27,445 nt of DNA from a virus (IMGVR_UViG_3300032318_000232:1-27445), one strand, 5' to 3'; counted from the first letter of the stretch, positions 17,101-25,293 are shown. The notes: generated from the sequence alone by a model not told the origin. A program made the numbers and translations.

Positions 17101-19201
17101 ATCCAATACCTTCTGCATCTGAGCGACCAGTATAAGCAGCAGCCGCAACACCACCAGCCTTACCTTTTTGTCTAGCAAAGTTAATTAAGTCACGACCTGG
17201 GGCTGTAAAGGCATACATAAAACCTTCATCAATAGCAGAACGGATACCTAAACGTGGGAACAAAGTAAAAATTGTCCATGTATCTACAAAGTTCTTAGCA
17301 AATCTAGTACCAGTAGCGCCCTTCATGGCGCCAACAAGACTTTTCTTTGTCTTAATTTCATTTGCCCTTAAAGCAATTTCTTCTAGTGGCAAGGGGCCAA
17401 TGCCAGCAGCAATCTGAGATGGCTGAATAGCAGAAGAACCACTTAAATAATTAACATCATTAATATTTTCAGTTGCATCTTTAGACATAACTGCTGCAAA
17501 CTCTGGGGCAATTTTAGTATCGGCTGTACTTGTAAATCCAGCACGACCATTATGAGTTTTCTTTAAGTATTCTTCCATAATGGCTTTATCTGTAATGCCA
17601 GCACGCTGCATAATTGCAGCATATAAATTGCGCATAACCACAATTTGCTCATCTTCAGTAGCCTTAAGAAACTTTACAGCAATAAAATCTGCCATATCTC
17701 GATTAACTACTAATCGAGCATATTGACGAACAGTTTCAATTGTTTTAATTGCATCATCACCAGTAAGAACCATTTGTCCTGCTGGATTTCGGGCAGCCAT
17801 TAAGCCAATCTTACGTAATCCTTTTTTAAAATCTTCTTCGCCTTCTACAACTTTAGCAAGATTAGGATTAACACCTAAGTCAGACTTTTCTCCAGACTTA
17901 ATAAAGCCATCCCAAACATCATCGCCTTTGCTTTGTAATTCACCAGCAGTACGGCGTGCGTTAAATACTTCATCTAGTTTATTAACTAGACCAGTAGTAA
18001 GACGGCGTTCTCTACGAGCAGTAACTACACCATTACGGCGGAAAATCATGCCATCAATACGTCCAGAAAGAAGTAGATGCGTGTGTTCAGCATCGGCAAA
18101 AATTCTTTCTGCTTGATTAGCATTAAACATTTCATTTTTAGCAAAAAAGTTAAGTGCTTCATCGTTATTGTAACCAGGAAACTGGCGACCAATATCACGG
18201 CGCACAATTGCTTTTTCTGCTTCAGTCTGTGTCTTGGCTAAACGCTCAATCTGTGGGCCAAATTGTTCATCCCAAAGTTTAATAACACTTTTATCTTTAA
18301 ATACTTGCCCAACTCCAAGGGCTACATTATCGCCAGCCTTAGTAACAAGTTCCGCTAATTGAGTTCCACGGGTAGCAGCCTTAGTTGTGCCACCAGTAAT
18401 CCAAGTTAATGGGTCAATTGCTATTTGATAGATAAAGTCAATAACGCCAGATAGGTTTTTAGTTCCACCATCAATATAATCACCAGTTAATCCACCATTT
18501 TTTGGTGGCTTGGTATCTAGCATTCTTGCGATGTCACGGCCTGGACTTACTTGAGCATATTTAGCAGCATCCATAACCTGCTTAAATGCATCTGGGTCAT
18601 TAAATGCTTTTTCCATTGAAGCAGTAATTTCAGGAGTTAGTGTTCCATAAGAATCTAAAATTTCTCCTGGTTTTTTACCAGCCAATAATCCTTGCGCAAT
18701 AAAAATATCTGATTTACCAAAGCGGTCAATAGCCTGTGATAGTGCACCATTGTCATAAACGTTTTTACCGTCCCAAGCATCATCCCAAACTTTAGTATCA
18801 AAGATTGATTCACCTTGGGCTACCTGTCGTGCAAGCAAATAAGGTGTATTAATAACACGATTGTAAGCACCAGCAACTTTAAACAAACCAATTAATGGGC
18901 TGGCAAGTGCTTTACCAGTAAACTTTAAAGCACCCATTAATTTATCTGAAAAATCAGGTGCGGTCTGCATATAGTCAGCATTACCAAAGAAAACTTTTAA
19001 TCCTTCTTGCGCATTAGGGTCTAGATTATCAAATGCTATACGAGCATCATCGTCATTCATGCGAGTAAGTTCTTTATTCTTTTTTACAGCCCAAGTCATT
19101 TGTTCAATTTGACTTTGTTCACTTGGATTTAAATTAGCACGCACGGCTGCTGAATAAAGATTAGGAGAAACCTCTGCGACTATTGGTTTTAAAACGCGCA
19201 T
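14150..19201 (-). CDS. Large internal virion / DNA ejection protein (T7 gp16-like role; 1683 aa)
   Basis: Very long, helical and Cys-free, with a DPLTWI motif and amphipathic segments. Size and context fit podoviral core proteins. No catalytic motif recognised. Confidence 0.6.
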   Translation of the reverse strand: MRVLKPIVAEVSPNLYSAAVRANLNPSEQSQIEQMTWAVKKNKELTRMNDDDARIAFDNLDPNAQEGLKVFFGNADYMQTAPDFSDKLMGALKFTGKALASPLIGLFKVAGAYNRVINTPYLLARQVAQGESIFDTKVWDDAWDGKNVYDNGALSQAIDRFGKSDIFIAQGLLAGKKPGEILDSYGTLTPEITASMEKAFNDPDAFKQVMDAAKYAQVSPGRDIARMLDTKPPKNGGLTGDYIDGGTKNLSGVIDFIYQIAIDPLTWITGGTTKAATRGTQLAELVTKAGDNVALGVGQVFKDKSVIKLWDEQFGPQIERLAKTQTEAEKAIVRRDIGRQFPGYNNDEALNFFAKNEMFNANQAERIFADAEHTHLLLSGRIDGMIFRRNGVVTARRERRLTTGLVNKLDEVFNARRTAGELQSKGDDVWDGFIKSGEKSDLGVNPNLAKVVEGEEDFKKGLRKIGLMAARNPAGQMVLTGDDAIKTIETVRQYARLVVNRDMADFIAVKFLKATEDEQIVVMRNLYAAIMQRAGITDKAIMEEYLKKTHNGRAGFTSTADTKIAPEFAAVMSKDATENINDVNYLSGSSAIQPSQIAAGIGPLPLEEIALRANEIKTKKSLVGAMKGATGTRFAKNFVDTWTIFTLFPRLGIRSAIDEGFMYAFTAPGRDLINFARQKGKAGGVAAAAYTGRSDAEGIGLAIIKKLGGRTPSGLLNIEERNRIIQKLADDAPGGPISTAELDVLRINTEIAERASIFLKGLDEQEKAYWFQAMVHQPDVLNSMANSIAARTSLGGRFDEIFSGSSINASELTRALNAGGAKADPLKVGNQYNEVDIARLIQADPAYLTLAHFDNWYIRFATPRQHGKLKLADGFRVSPAVAFFSNKGLKTPEDFTNAVDDMMQYLGMSKKGGEWIVNKSNAAAAKKFLSYFGDTVFQRQKGLTDNQIIRVHIERMLMDMRDNFHGSTGNYNQALFDAIAKNHNDLVAKELADGVPISNKWQKAVQQIAYKDFDELTQGFKPSGVINTRIKFPEFTDFDSAYKKLGNGMMDLMDRQVNAILRQPAVMVTYFKLRKNYAGIEAAYAKKLLDQAKKANAEALKRNPGYLDTLTQRITIQTEKHFSELVMNEAADTVLKFADNPAIRTNFAISVRTVGRFYRATEDFWRRMYRIKDVAPNALYRMRLAHLGLDSSGILHEDQEGNEYIMMPMDNIIYKATDTTIRALTPGADGGYKEPLFNDFTFKIKNINPSFSPDSGLPLLSGPIAALGVLGMKHLIGNVPIPGAERAATEFDNFALGNLGDNMDITRALVPASLAKLWTLVPLNEKTRQEVTAAQQAIAYNAAHGRFLDPNSTDQEKYDYLKNIRISAHNVIALRSVLGLISPVAPSLQESKDVPDYLLDVGITGLRNEFWDIFESIQKRYGDEVQDPYEMALSIFTGKNPGKIIYTVARDEKQTKVLITKTKQMQDWALMNKKFIGMYGEAAFIFGPHTGDFNSGVYNWLQSADLLKDKDLETYYDDVMVAEDKQKYYDIAKWETEQLGTQTYVSERKKIIQTATAAREGLLASNPLLLAAITGGGNEIATEEAMLRSLKQIVLDDTSPVNDGLRIKMKSAIQAMEDFMSFSKDESVKGLFNASSLKRQYRDRVENIINELSTQDPALREATRAIFNSILKYYSRDTYKAVA

Positions 19202-19210
19202 TAGTTGCTC

Positions 19211-19615
19211 CTATTGATTAAATTGCTGAAGAATAAGTTCTGCTTCGCCGCTGTCATCAAACATGGCTAATTTTTGTAATGTATTTACAACGCTTGGTTT
19301 GGACATTGGCAATCCCATTGCTGCTGAACCAACTCCTGGACCCATATCAATACCTGCTGTGCCAGGTTCATCTGGAAATTGTGTAGGTGCACTTAAAGGA
19401 GTAACGTCAATTCCAGCCATTTGCGGAACTGTGTTGCCAGCCATTGGTGCTGCTACTTGGTTGTCGTAGGTTTGCTGTCCTTGTCCGTAGGGCAATCCTG
19501 AAATGTATGTGGCTGGTTGAGTGGGCGACCCGTCAGTGCGTTGAGAAAGAGCGCCAGGACCTGATGCTGGGGCTGGATTCGCGGGTTGTCTATATCCACC
19601 TTGTTGTTCTGCCAT
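19211..19615 (-). CDS. Pro/Gln/Gly-rich virion assembly protein (134 aa)
   Basis: PAPASGPGALSQRTDG...GLPYGQG; low complexity; RBS GAGGA; downstream of portal. Confidence 0.7.
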   Translation of the reverse strand: MAEQQGGYRQPANPAPASGPGALSQRTDGSPTQPATYISGLPYGQGQQTYDNQVAAPMAGNTVPQMAGIDVTPLSAPTQFPDEPGTAGIDMGPGVGSAAMGLPMSKPSVVNTLQKLAMFDDSGEAELILQQFNQ

Positions 19616-19617
19616 TT

Positions 19618-19851
19618 CTAATCTTCCTCATCATCTAAATATTTTTCAACTTCTGCTGCAGTTGGGATACGCCATTCGACCCAATCTGGATAACATTCTT
19701 TATCTGAAATGATTGAACGTGCAATAGGTTCTGCAAACCCAGCACGCATAAGTGAAGCATGAAACTCATATAACCAAATACAATACTGGTCTAGTTTTGA
19801 ATAGGACTCATCAGTAACTGTTGCAACTTTTTTCTTACGAGATGTTGCCAC
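19618..19851 (-). CDS. Hypothetical protein (77 aa)
   Basis: GTG start with AGGAG RBS inside the portal 3' end; basic N-terminus and acidic C-terminus. Confidence 0.7.
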   Translation of the reverse strand: MATSRKKKVATVTDESYSKLDQYCIWLYEFHASLMRAGFAEPIARSIISDKECYPDWVEWRIPTAAEVEKYLDDEED

Positions 19852-19853
19852 GG

Positions 19854-21599
19854 TTATCTCCTAACTGATGTCCGAGCACTTGCAGTTGCTTTACCACTTG
19901 ATGTCAAACTTGAAAGTAATGTTTGAATATCTGGTGGTGGTCCGCCCATTGGAGCGCCTCCTGCTGGCGCGGCGGGAGCAGGGGACGGTTGCTCAACCTG
20001 AGGTGCACCAGCAGGAGGTTGTTCTATAGTGAAGACTTCATTAATTGCGTCTTCAATTGATACACCCTTCTGGCGTGCCTTGATTACATCGGCAATCTGT
20101 TTAACCAGAGAAGTCGGGTCTTGACCTTGGGTAATCATTTGTGGAATAGCCTGTGCTGATGCTTGTAGTGCGCCAATTAATGTATTGCGCATGTCCTCTA
20201 CTTCAATCTTTTCTTGCTCGCTAGTTACGTTAATACCAAATGGTAGTTCACGCATAGCCATGTCTTTAGAAATTAACTTGCCGCCCAATGCTTGTAGCAT
20301 AAAGATAAGACCTTGTGCTGGATTAAGACCAGCCAACATTCCATAACGGACATCGGCTGAGTAGTCACCCTTAATATCTTTAGATGGTAAGTACTCAAGA
20401 CTGTATGGAGAACCAGCATCTACACCACGAATTGTTTTCTGAAAGTTAAAGAACATCTCATCAACATGGAAACAAATCGTAAGAACATCTTTTAGAGCAG
20501 AAGCAAAGATTGCTTGTGCTGATTTAACTTGTGTATCAAAACCACCCATAAGCGCTTGAACGCCTTGTCCCGTGATGATTGATGCATCAATGTTTCCAGT
20601 ACGTCCCTCTGGATAACGTGTACCAGTGCGTAATTCTGCTTGTAGTAATTGTTGTTCAGTGAATGCGCCAGGTGGAATATTTAAATCAACACGGCGTACA
20701 CCTGCTGGGTTGGCTGTGCGAATAACCGCATCTCCACCCAACTGTAATTCCTGAACATCGTTAGGTAGAACAATTGGTGCTTGTACTGACTTCTCTGCTG
20801 CTTCCATCGCAAGTAATGCGAACCTATTTCGAAGCAACTGAATACCAAGTACATCATCAAACTGTCCACGCATTTCGCCATCAATAGATGGGCGTTTAGC
20901 AACTACTACCATCATCTTGCCAATTGGATTTGGCGCTGAAGATAGCACTAGATTGTTGCGGTCTGGCATATAAATTATAGATTGGTCTTTATCGTAATAA
21001 CGAACAATCTCAACTTGTGAACTTAAGTTTTGCTTAAATCCATCTTTGCCAAGGAGTTGATATTCAAACTCTGGAAACTGTGCGACCAGTTCACCCAAAG
21101 GTAATGTATATCGTTTAGCGAAGGCAATACAGCGTCCATAGCGGTCAAACTCTGGGTAAGCCCCTATCGGACTTTCTATGCGTATACGCGGTAAGCCGTC
21201 TTCTTCGTCTAATTCAATGATGAATGGGACGAAACCGAATGTGATGTACCAGTCTGCTCCTGTGTACATCTGTACTTGTAAATCAGAATTCGCAAAATAA
21301 TTAGTAGCAATGCGAGTTCTCTTATCCGCAAAAACACGAGCGCGGTCACTAACCTGATTCGCCGCTGAGCAGTTAACGGCTGGGAGTGGTGCCATAACTT
21401 CGGATAAGTCTTTGGCAACAATGTCAATAAAATTTGCCACGACATTAGCATCAACACCTTCAGGAAAAAATTCAGGGTAAACCTGAGATATTTGCCCCTT
21501 ACGGACAGCAAGGACATCTAATTGACGACTTTCACGTTCCGAAGAACGCGAACGGAGCGCATCAATGCGTGCCGAAATCTGCTCAATTGTTAATGCCAT
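19854..21599 (-). CDS. Portal protein (581 aa)
   Basis: Size; position two genes after TerL; N.I...A..L, D....G..P..I and TGQGV..L motifs; Pro/Gln-rich C-terminal tail typical of podoviral portals. Confidence 0.85.
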   Translation of the reverse strand: MALTIEQISARIDALRSRSSERESRQLDVLAVRKGQISQVYPEFFPEGVDANVVANFIDIVAKDLSEVMAPLPAVNCSAANQVSDRARVFADKRTRIATNYFANSDLQVQMYTGADWYITFGFVPFIIELDEEDGLPRIRIESPIGAYPEFDRYGRCIAFAKRYTLPLGELVAQFPEFEYQLLGKDGFKQNLSSQVEIVRYYDKDQSIIYMPDRNNLVLSSAPNPIGKMMVVVAKRPSIDGEMRGQFDDVLGIQLLRNRFALLAMEAAEKSVQAPIVLPNDVQELQLGGDAVIRTANPAGVRRVDLNIPPGAFTEQQLLQAELRTGTRYPEGRTGNIDASIITGQGVQALMGGFDTQVKSAQAIFASALKDVLTICFHVDEMFFNFQKTIRGVDAGSPYSLEYLPSKDIKGDYSADVRYGMLAGLNPAQGLIFMLQALGGKLISKDMAMRELPFGINVTSEQEKIEVEDMRNTLIGALQASAQAIPQMITQGQDPTSLVKQIADVIKARQKGVSIEDAINEVFTIEQPPAGAPQVEQPSPAPAAPAGGAPMGGPPPDIQTLLSSLTSSGKATASARTSVRR

Positions 21600-21633
21600 T
21601 GCTGTCCTATCGTAAGGGGAAAATTATTTTTAA

Positions 21634-21930
21634 TTACATAAACTTTGAACGGGCGCGACCTTTTTCATTCTTTGCCGCAACCTTCTTTTGAACTGCCTTT
21701 TTAGCGCCTGCTGCTTCCTTAGCAGTTGCTGCTGCAAGACGCTTAGCACCGTACATGCGCTTTACGCCTTCCATGTATGACGCGCTAACTGCACCTGTTC
21801 CAGCCTTCTTAAGTGCTGCTGTCATGCCATCTGATTTAATTCTGTCAATCATTGCTTGGCTTACTGTCAGTTTCTTAGGCTTGCCGCTTCCGACTCCGCC
21901 GCTTTCAATTTTTGGTCCGTACATTGCCAT
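21634..21930 (-). CDS. Small basic hypothetical protein (98 aa)
   Basis: Lys/Ala-rich ORF between TerL and portal; RBS AGGA. Confidence 0.7.
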   Translation of the reverse strand: MAMYGPKIESGGVGSGKPKKLTVSQAMIDRIKSDGMTAALKKAGTGAVSASYMEGVKRMYGAKRLAAATAKEAAGAKKAVQKKVAAKNEKGRARSKFM

Positions 21931-21939
21931 TTTATTTTC

Positions 21940-23826
21940 CTATCCATAGTTGTCTTGCCATTGCTCTGCAAAGGCTTCGTCTAAGTTGATTGAATATCGT
22001 CTATCTGTTTGTGCTCGTGTTGACCAGCGATTATTAGCAAACTTAGTCATGTAACTTGTCTGCTGCATAAACTCTCTTGCTCGTATTACTGCAAACCATA
22101 AAGCCATAACAGTATCTGTTTTGCCTTTAGTGTTTGCTTTCCATGTAATCAATTGCTGGACTAACGCTTTCAATCCCTCTGAGTCAGAGGTAGAAGGAAG
22201 TTCAATAGCATTGTTGTTTTGGAACTTACCATCACGGATTGTTCCAAACAGCGTAGACATGGAGGCTACGCCAAAGTTAGTGTCCCACTTATTCTTGCCA
22301 GTAAAGTGCGCTTCAAGTCTTACACCATAGGAAGATAGCCATTGACGCAAATCATCATCTAACGAGTAGGCTTTCTGGTGTGCGTTAATTTCTACACGAA
22401 ACTCTTGTGGCTTATATTTCAAAACCATTTCTTCAATCATGGCACGAATTTTTTGCGGATTCGGTTCGCTCATGTTGATGCAGTCCAAAACGTAAATTTT
22501 AGAATCTACTCTGTTGTAGGTAACCGCTACGAAAGCAGCGTTACCTGCCATAGCAGGGTCGAAGCCAATAATTGTGTAGCCTTCGACAGCAGTCGGATGT
22601 CCCACCGCGCCTGGCTTCAAGGGACCACGTCTACGTGTGCCTTTGATTGCTGCTTGAACCAAGGCGGGCGGGAAGATGGAATCTTCTTCGACATCCTCCT
22701 GCTGATAGACTAAAGCCCAAGTTGAGGGTGTTACTTCGCCTCTGCGCTTGGCTAGAGTCGGGCCATCCCATTTAGGGTATAGGCCGTTTTCATCAGGAGT
22801 ATCTTCATCGCCATCCCAAGGGATGTCTGCTTTAGGCCAAAGGGTTTCCCACTTCTTGGGGTCTTCGTCATATTCAAGAACTGCTGGCATACCCATGTAG
22901 GTAAAGGGACTCTTACCCCCAGACCAGTACTTTGGGTCACGTAACTCTTTGTAGAAATCCTGTGCGGCGATGCGGGTGCCGACTACAAGCAACTTACCAT
23001 TTTTACCCAAACGGGTAATAACTTCCTTCTGTAGCCAGTCAATCTGCTTATCCCACTCATGGGCATTGGAAGTAGTAATACAGTCGTCTAGGATAATCAG
23101 GTCAGCACGTGCTCCGTAAATCTGACCACCCATACCTAGGGCTTGAAGGGTAGGGTCTTTCTCACTTGAGTTACGCGCATCGCTCCCAAGGTAGACAGTA
23201 TCAACTCGCCAAGTATCGGAATCTTCTTTCCAACCCCCTTCTGGTCCATAAGTTGTTTGCAACTTTAACCAGCGCGGGTGGCTTAACCTTTGCTTGATTG
23301 CGTACACGAACTCGCGTGCTTTGAGTAATGTCTTGCTTACCACGATAATGCGGACATTGGGATTGAGAGCGATGCGGTAAGTTGAATAGTTCACAGTAAT
23401 GACTGTGGACTTAGCGTGCTCTGGGGGAACGTTTATTAATAGCCGACTCTGCTGGCCTGGCTCGTATTTCATACTAGGGTGGAGCCAAGAAGGCTCACGC
23501 CCCTCTAGAAGGTCAATCCAATCTAGATGATGGGGAAAGGCTTTCTGGTTCAGGAATATCTCAGAAAACTGAGGAAAGGATACTTCGTCCTTTGCTATAC
23601 CTAGCGCCTTAACAGAATTGCTTTTGGCTTCTTCCTTGGCTTCCACCAAGTCAGCCGCAAATTTTTTGTCCCGTAGCATCCAGATACGGATAGTGTCTGG
23701 CTTTTTGTTTACCAACTCCATGGCTTTATGAGGGCTATGCCCCTCTGACACAAAGGATAAAACCTTTGCCTTTGCTACTGCCATAGCATCACTTCTGGGG
23801 TTATTAGCCCCCTTCTGAAAAGTCAC
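21940..23826 (-). CDS. terL: Terminase large subunit with N-terminal HTH (628 aa)
   Basis: Walker A-like NVPPEHAKST, Walker B G.RADLIILDD, coupling motif VVGTR, linker LVYQQ, and RNase H-type nuclease motifs GFDPA and DTVMALWF. Confidence 0.92.
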   Translation of the reverse strand: MTFQKGANNPRSDAMAVAKAKVLSFVSEGHSPHKAMELVNKKPDTIRIWMLRDKKFAADLVEAKEEAKSNSVKALGIAKDEVSFPQFSEIFLNQKAFPHHLDWIDLLEGREPSWLHPSMKYEPGQQSRLLINVPPEHAKSTVITVNYSTYRIALNPNVRIIVVSKTLLKAREFVYAIKQRLSHPRWLKLQTTYGPEGGWKEDSDTWRVDTVYLGSDARNSSEKDPTLQALGMGGQIYGARADLIILDDCITTSNAHEWDKQIDWLQKEVITRLGKNGKLLVVGTRIAAQDFYKELRDPKYWSGGKSPFTYMGMPAVLEYDEDPKKWETLWPKADIPWDGDEDTPDENGLYPKWDGPTLAKRRGEVTPSTWALVYQQEDVEEDSIFPPALVQAAIKGTRRRGPLKPGAVGHPTAVEGYTIIGFDPAMAGNAAFVAVTYNRVDSKIYVLDCINMSEPNPQKIRAMIEEMVLKYKPQEFRVEINAHQKAYSLDDDLRQWLSSYGVRLEAHFTGKNKWDTNFGVASMSTLFGTIRDGKFQNNNAIELPSTSDSEGLKALVQQLITWKANTKGKTDTVMALWFAVIRAREFMQQTSYMTKFANNRWSTRAQTDRRYSINLDEAFAEQWQDNYG

Positions 23827-23873
23827 AGACCTGTCCCATCTATAAACTATTAGTCTATTACAATCAGTTAGTA

Positions 23874-24255
23874 ACAGACAGTAGATACAGTCTGTAACGA
23901 AAAGCCCTAGAGGCTTTTCTTATAATAGGTAGTAAACTACCTCTATATAGTATTAATCCGTTCAAACACCTAAAACGAACACTTTCTGGCAAAAAATCTT
24001 TTTGCCTACCTTTTAAATAGGTATATAATAGGACATAATAGGACAGTGTCACAGGGGTACTGTTGTACCAGAAAATAGTTAGTGTAGATACTACTACGCT
24101 ATCAACCGCAGATTAAACAGTCTGGGGTCATAAATGACCCGCAGGACTGTCTAATTATCTGGCGACTGTACTGTATAGAATATATAGTTACGGGCTACAG
24201 TCCTACAGCGCAACCAGCCTGCGCCCCAGACAGGCAGTGACTATACTACCTGTCT
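23874..24255. repeat. Cluster of short inverted and direct repeats in the divergent intergenic region
   Basis: ACAGAC/GTCTGT 23874-23895; GAAAAGCC/GGCTTTTC 23899-23919; AGGTAG/CTACCT 23927-23942; GGCAAAAA/TTTTTGCC 23988-24006; ATAATAGGAC x2 24025-24044; ACAGTC..GGGTCAT/ATGACCC..GACTGT 24117-24150; AGACAGG/CCTGTCT 24228-24255. Confidence 0.8.
24002..24029 (+). promoter_or_regulatory. Candidate sigma70-type promoter
   Basis: TTGCCT - 16 nt - TATAAT. A second TATAAT sits at 23921-23926. The region is AT-rich, so chance matches are possible. Confidence 0.4.
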
Positions 24256-24367
24256 ACTAATAATAAATGTTTCTATGTCTGCCATACCTGTGCGCTACAG
24301 CATCTGTCCTACGGAGTCTTCTAGCGTGTCAAGGCCACGCTCGGATAGACGGCTAGCGGATATCAAC

Positions 24368-24779
24368 GCAGACAAGTCGCTGATAAGCGCAAGGGAAATA
24401 CACCCTTGCATCAGCGGTCTGCTCACTGTGACCGTTTGCCCTTACCAGCCTATCGGGGTTTCCATCCTTGGCAAGTCAGACATGAAGCCAAACGATTGGC
24501 TTCAAAGCCTGTCTGACGCTTGATGATAACGATTTGAATAACAATCAAAAAGCCGATTGTTATCAAATAGTTATAATCTGCGACCATTGCCAAGGCAATT
24601 GCCCCGCTCTATAGTCAGGAGTTCTATGGAAACAATGAGGTAACCCGTCAGCCTGATTTCATATGGAAAGACTATGAAATCAAAGCATGGCTGACTAAGA
24701 ACGCCTTTCCCAAAAACGGGGAAAGCCGTCCGTTCCCTCAACCCGATTGACTGGCAGGGCTTTAAATCGCATGGTGCGA
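24368..24779. ncRNA. Candidate large structured non-coding RNA / leader (unassigned family)
   Basis: Hand-folded nested helices P1-P8 over 24438-24760, plus flanking hairpins 24368-24422 and 24767-24779; no credible ORF. See findings. Confidence 0.55.
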
Positions 24780-24799
24780 CTAAAGCAGAAAGGTAACAA

Positions 24800-25219
24800 A
24801 TGAAAACCGAATATATCCCTGCTGGTATCAGCGTTGAACGCCAATGTCTAGACTGTACCGCAGATGTCCTATGTACCGCTTGTGTAGAAACCAAGGAGTC
24901 GCGTGACTCCTTCATAGCCCATCAGATAGTTGATGAAGGCAGTCAACAGTACGAGCATCAAATGCAAATAGAAAAAGACCTACCTTCAGGTCACGACTGG
25001 ACTGAGCGCGATGAGATGCTTGAGCCTACATCGCTCATCTCTGACCGATTCTTCGATACCGACTTGGACATCCATGGGTTCGAGAAAGTCTGCTCAACTT
25101 GCCACTTGGTTGTTAACCAAGCCATCGGTTGTACCGCATGCTTACCAGAGGTACTTCAAGAGTTCGTCCAGTCACAAGCACGGTACTACTTCAACATGTG
25201 GAACCTATCACTCAATTGA
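24800..25219 (+). CDS. Zn-finger hypothetical protein (139 aa)
   Basis: Four CxxC motifs (CLDC, CTAC, CSTC, CTAC); RBS GAAAGG. Confidence 0.75.
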   Translation: MKTEYIPAGISVERQCLDCTADVLCTACVETKESRDSFIAHQIVDEGSQQYEHQMQIEKDLPSGHDWTERDEMLEPTSLISDRFFDTDLDIHGFEKVCSTCHLVVNQAIGCTACLPEVLQEFVQSQARYYFNMWNLSLN

Positions 25220-25226
25220 CAACGGC

Positions 25227-25258
25227 GAAACCCCCAGCCCTGATGGCTGGGGGATTTC
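25227..25258 (+). terminator. GC-rich intergenic hairpin (weak terminator or processing site)
   Basis: GAAA-CCCCCAGCC-CTGAT-GGCTGGGGG-A-TTTC; only a short U run follows. Confidence 0.5.
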
Positions 25259-25293
25259 CCCTCCAAAATCCAACAACTAACCAAGGAGATAAG

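Noticed and set aside
14150-19201. N4-type virion RNA polymerase or tape measure protein
   Set aside because: No polymerase catalytic motifs recognised, about half the size of N4 vRNAP, and no tail tube or assembly chaperone genes nearby.
3808-22713. Numerous plus-strand ORFs (e.g. 5224-5613, 9195-9545, 22378-22713) and short alternative-frame minus ORFs inside long genes
   Set aside because: They are antisense or off-frame shadows of well-supported minus-strand genes, with no recognisable motifs.
24454-24633. Kissing-loop pseudoknot GTTTCCAT/ATGGAAAC with CGGGG/CCCCG as the closing stem
   Set aside because: The same 8-bp pairing fits as an ordinary nested helix once ATCGGG pairs with CCCGAT (24742-24747). 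The simpler nested model is preferred, though an alternative conformer cannot be excluded.
23827-24799. CRISPR array or tRNA genes in the repeat-rich region
   Set aside because: No regularly spaced direct repeats with spacers, and no cloverleaf with a T-loop consensus was seen.
23864-24915. ORFs 23864-24052 (-), 24275-24523 (+) and 24571-24915 (-) in the intergenic region
   Set aside because: No convincing RBS, atypical composition, and they overlie the inverted-repeat structures; better explained as non-coding.
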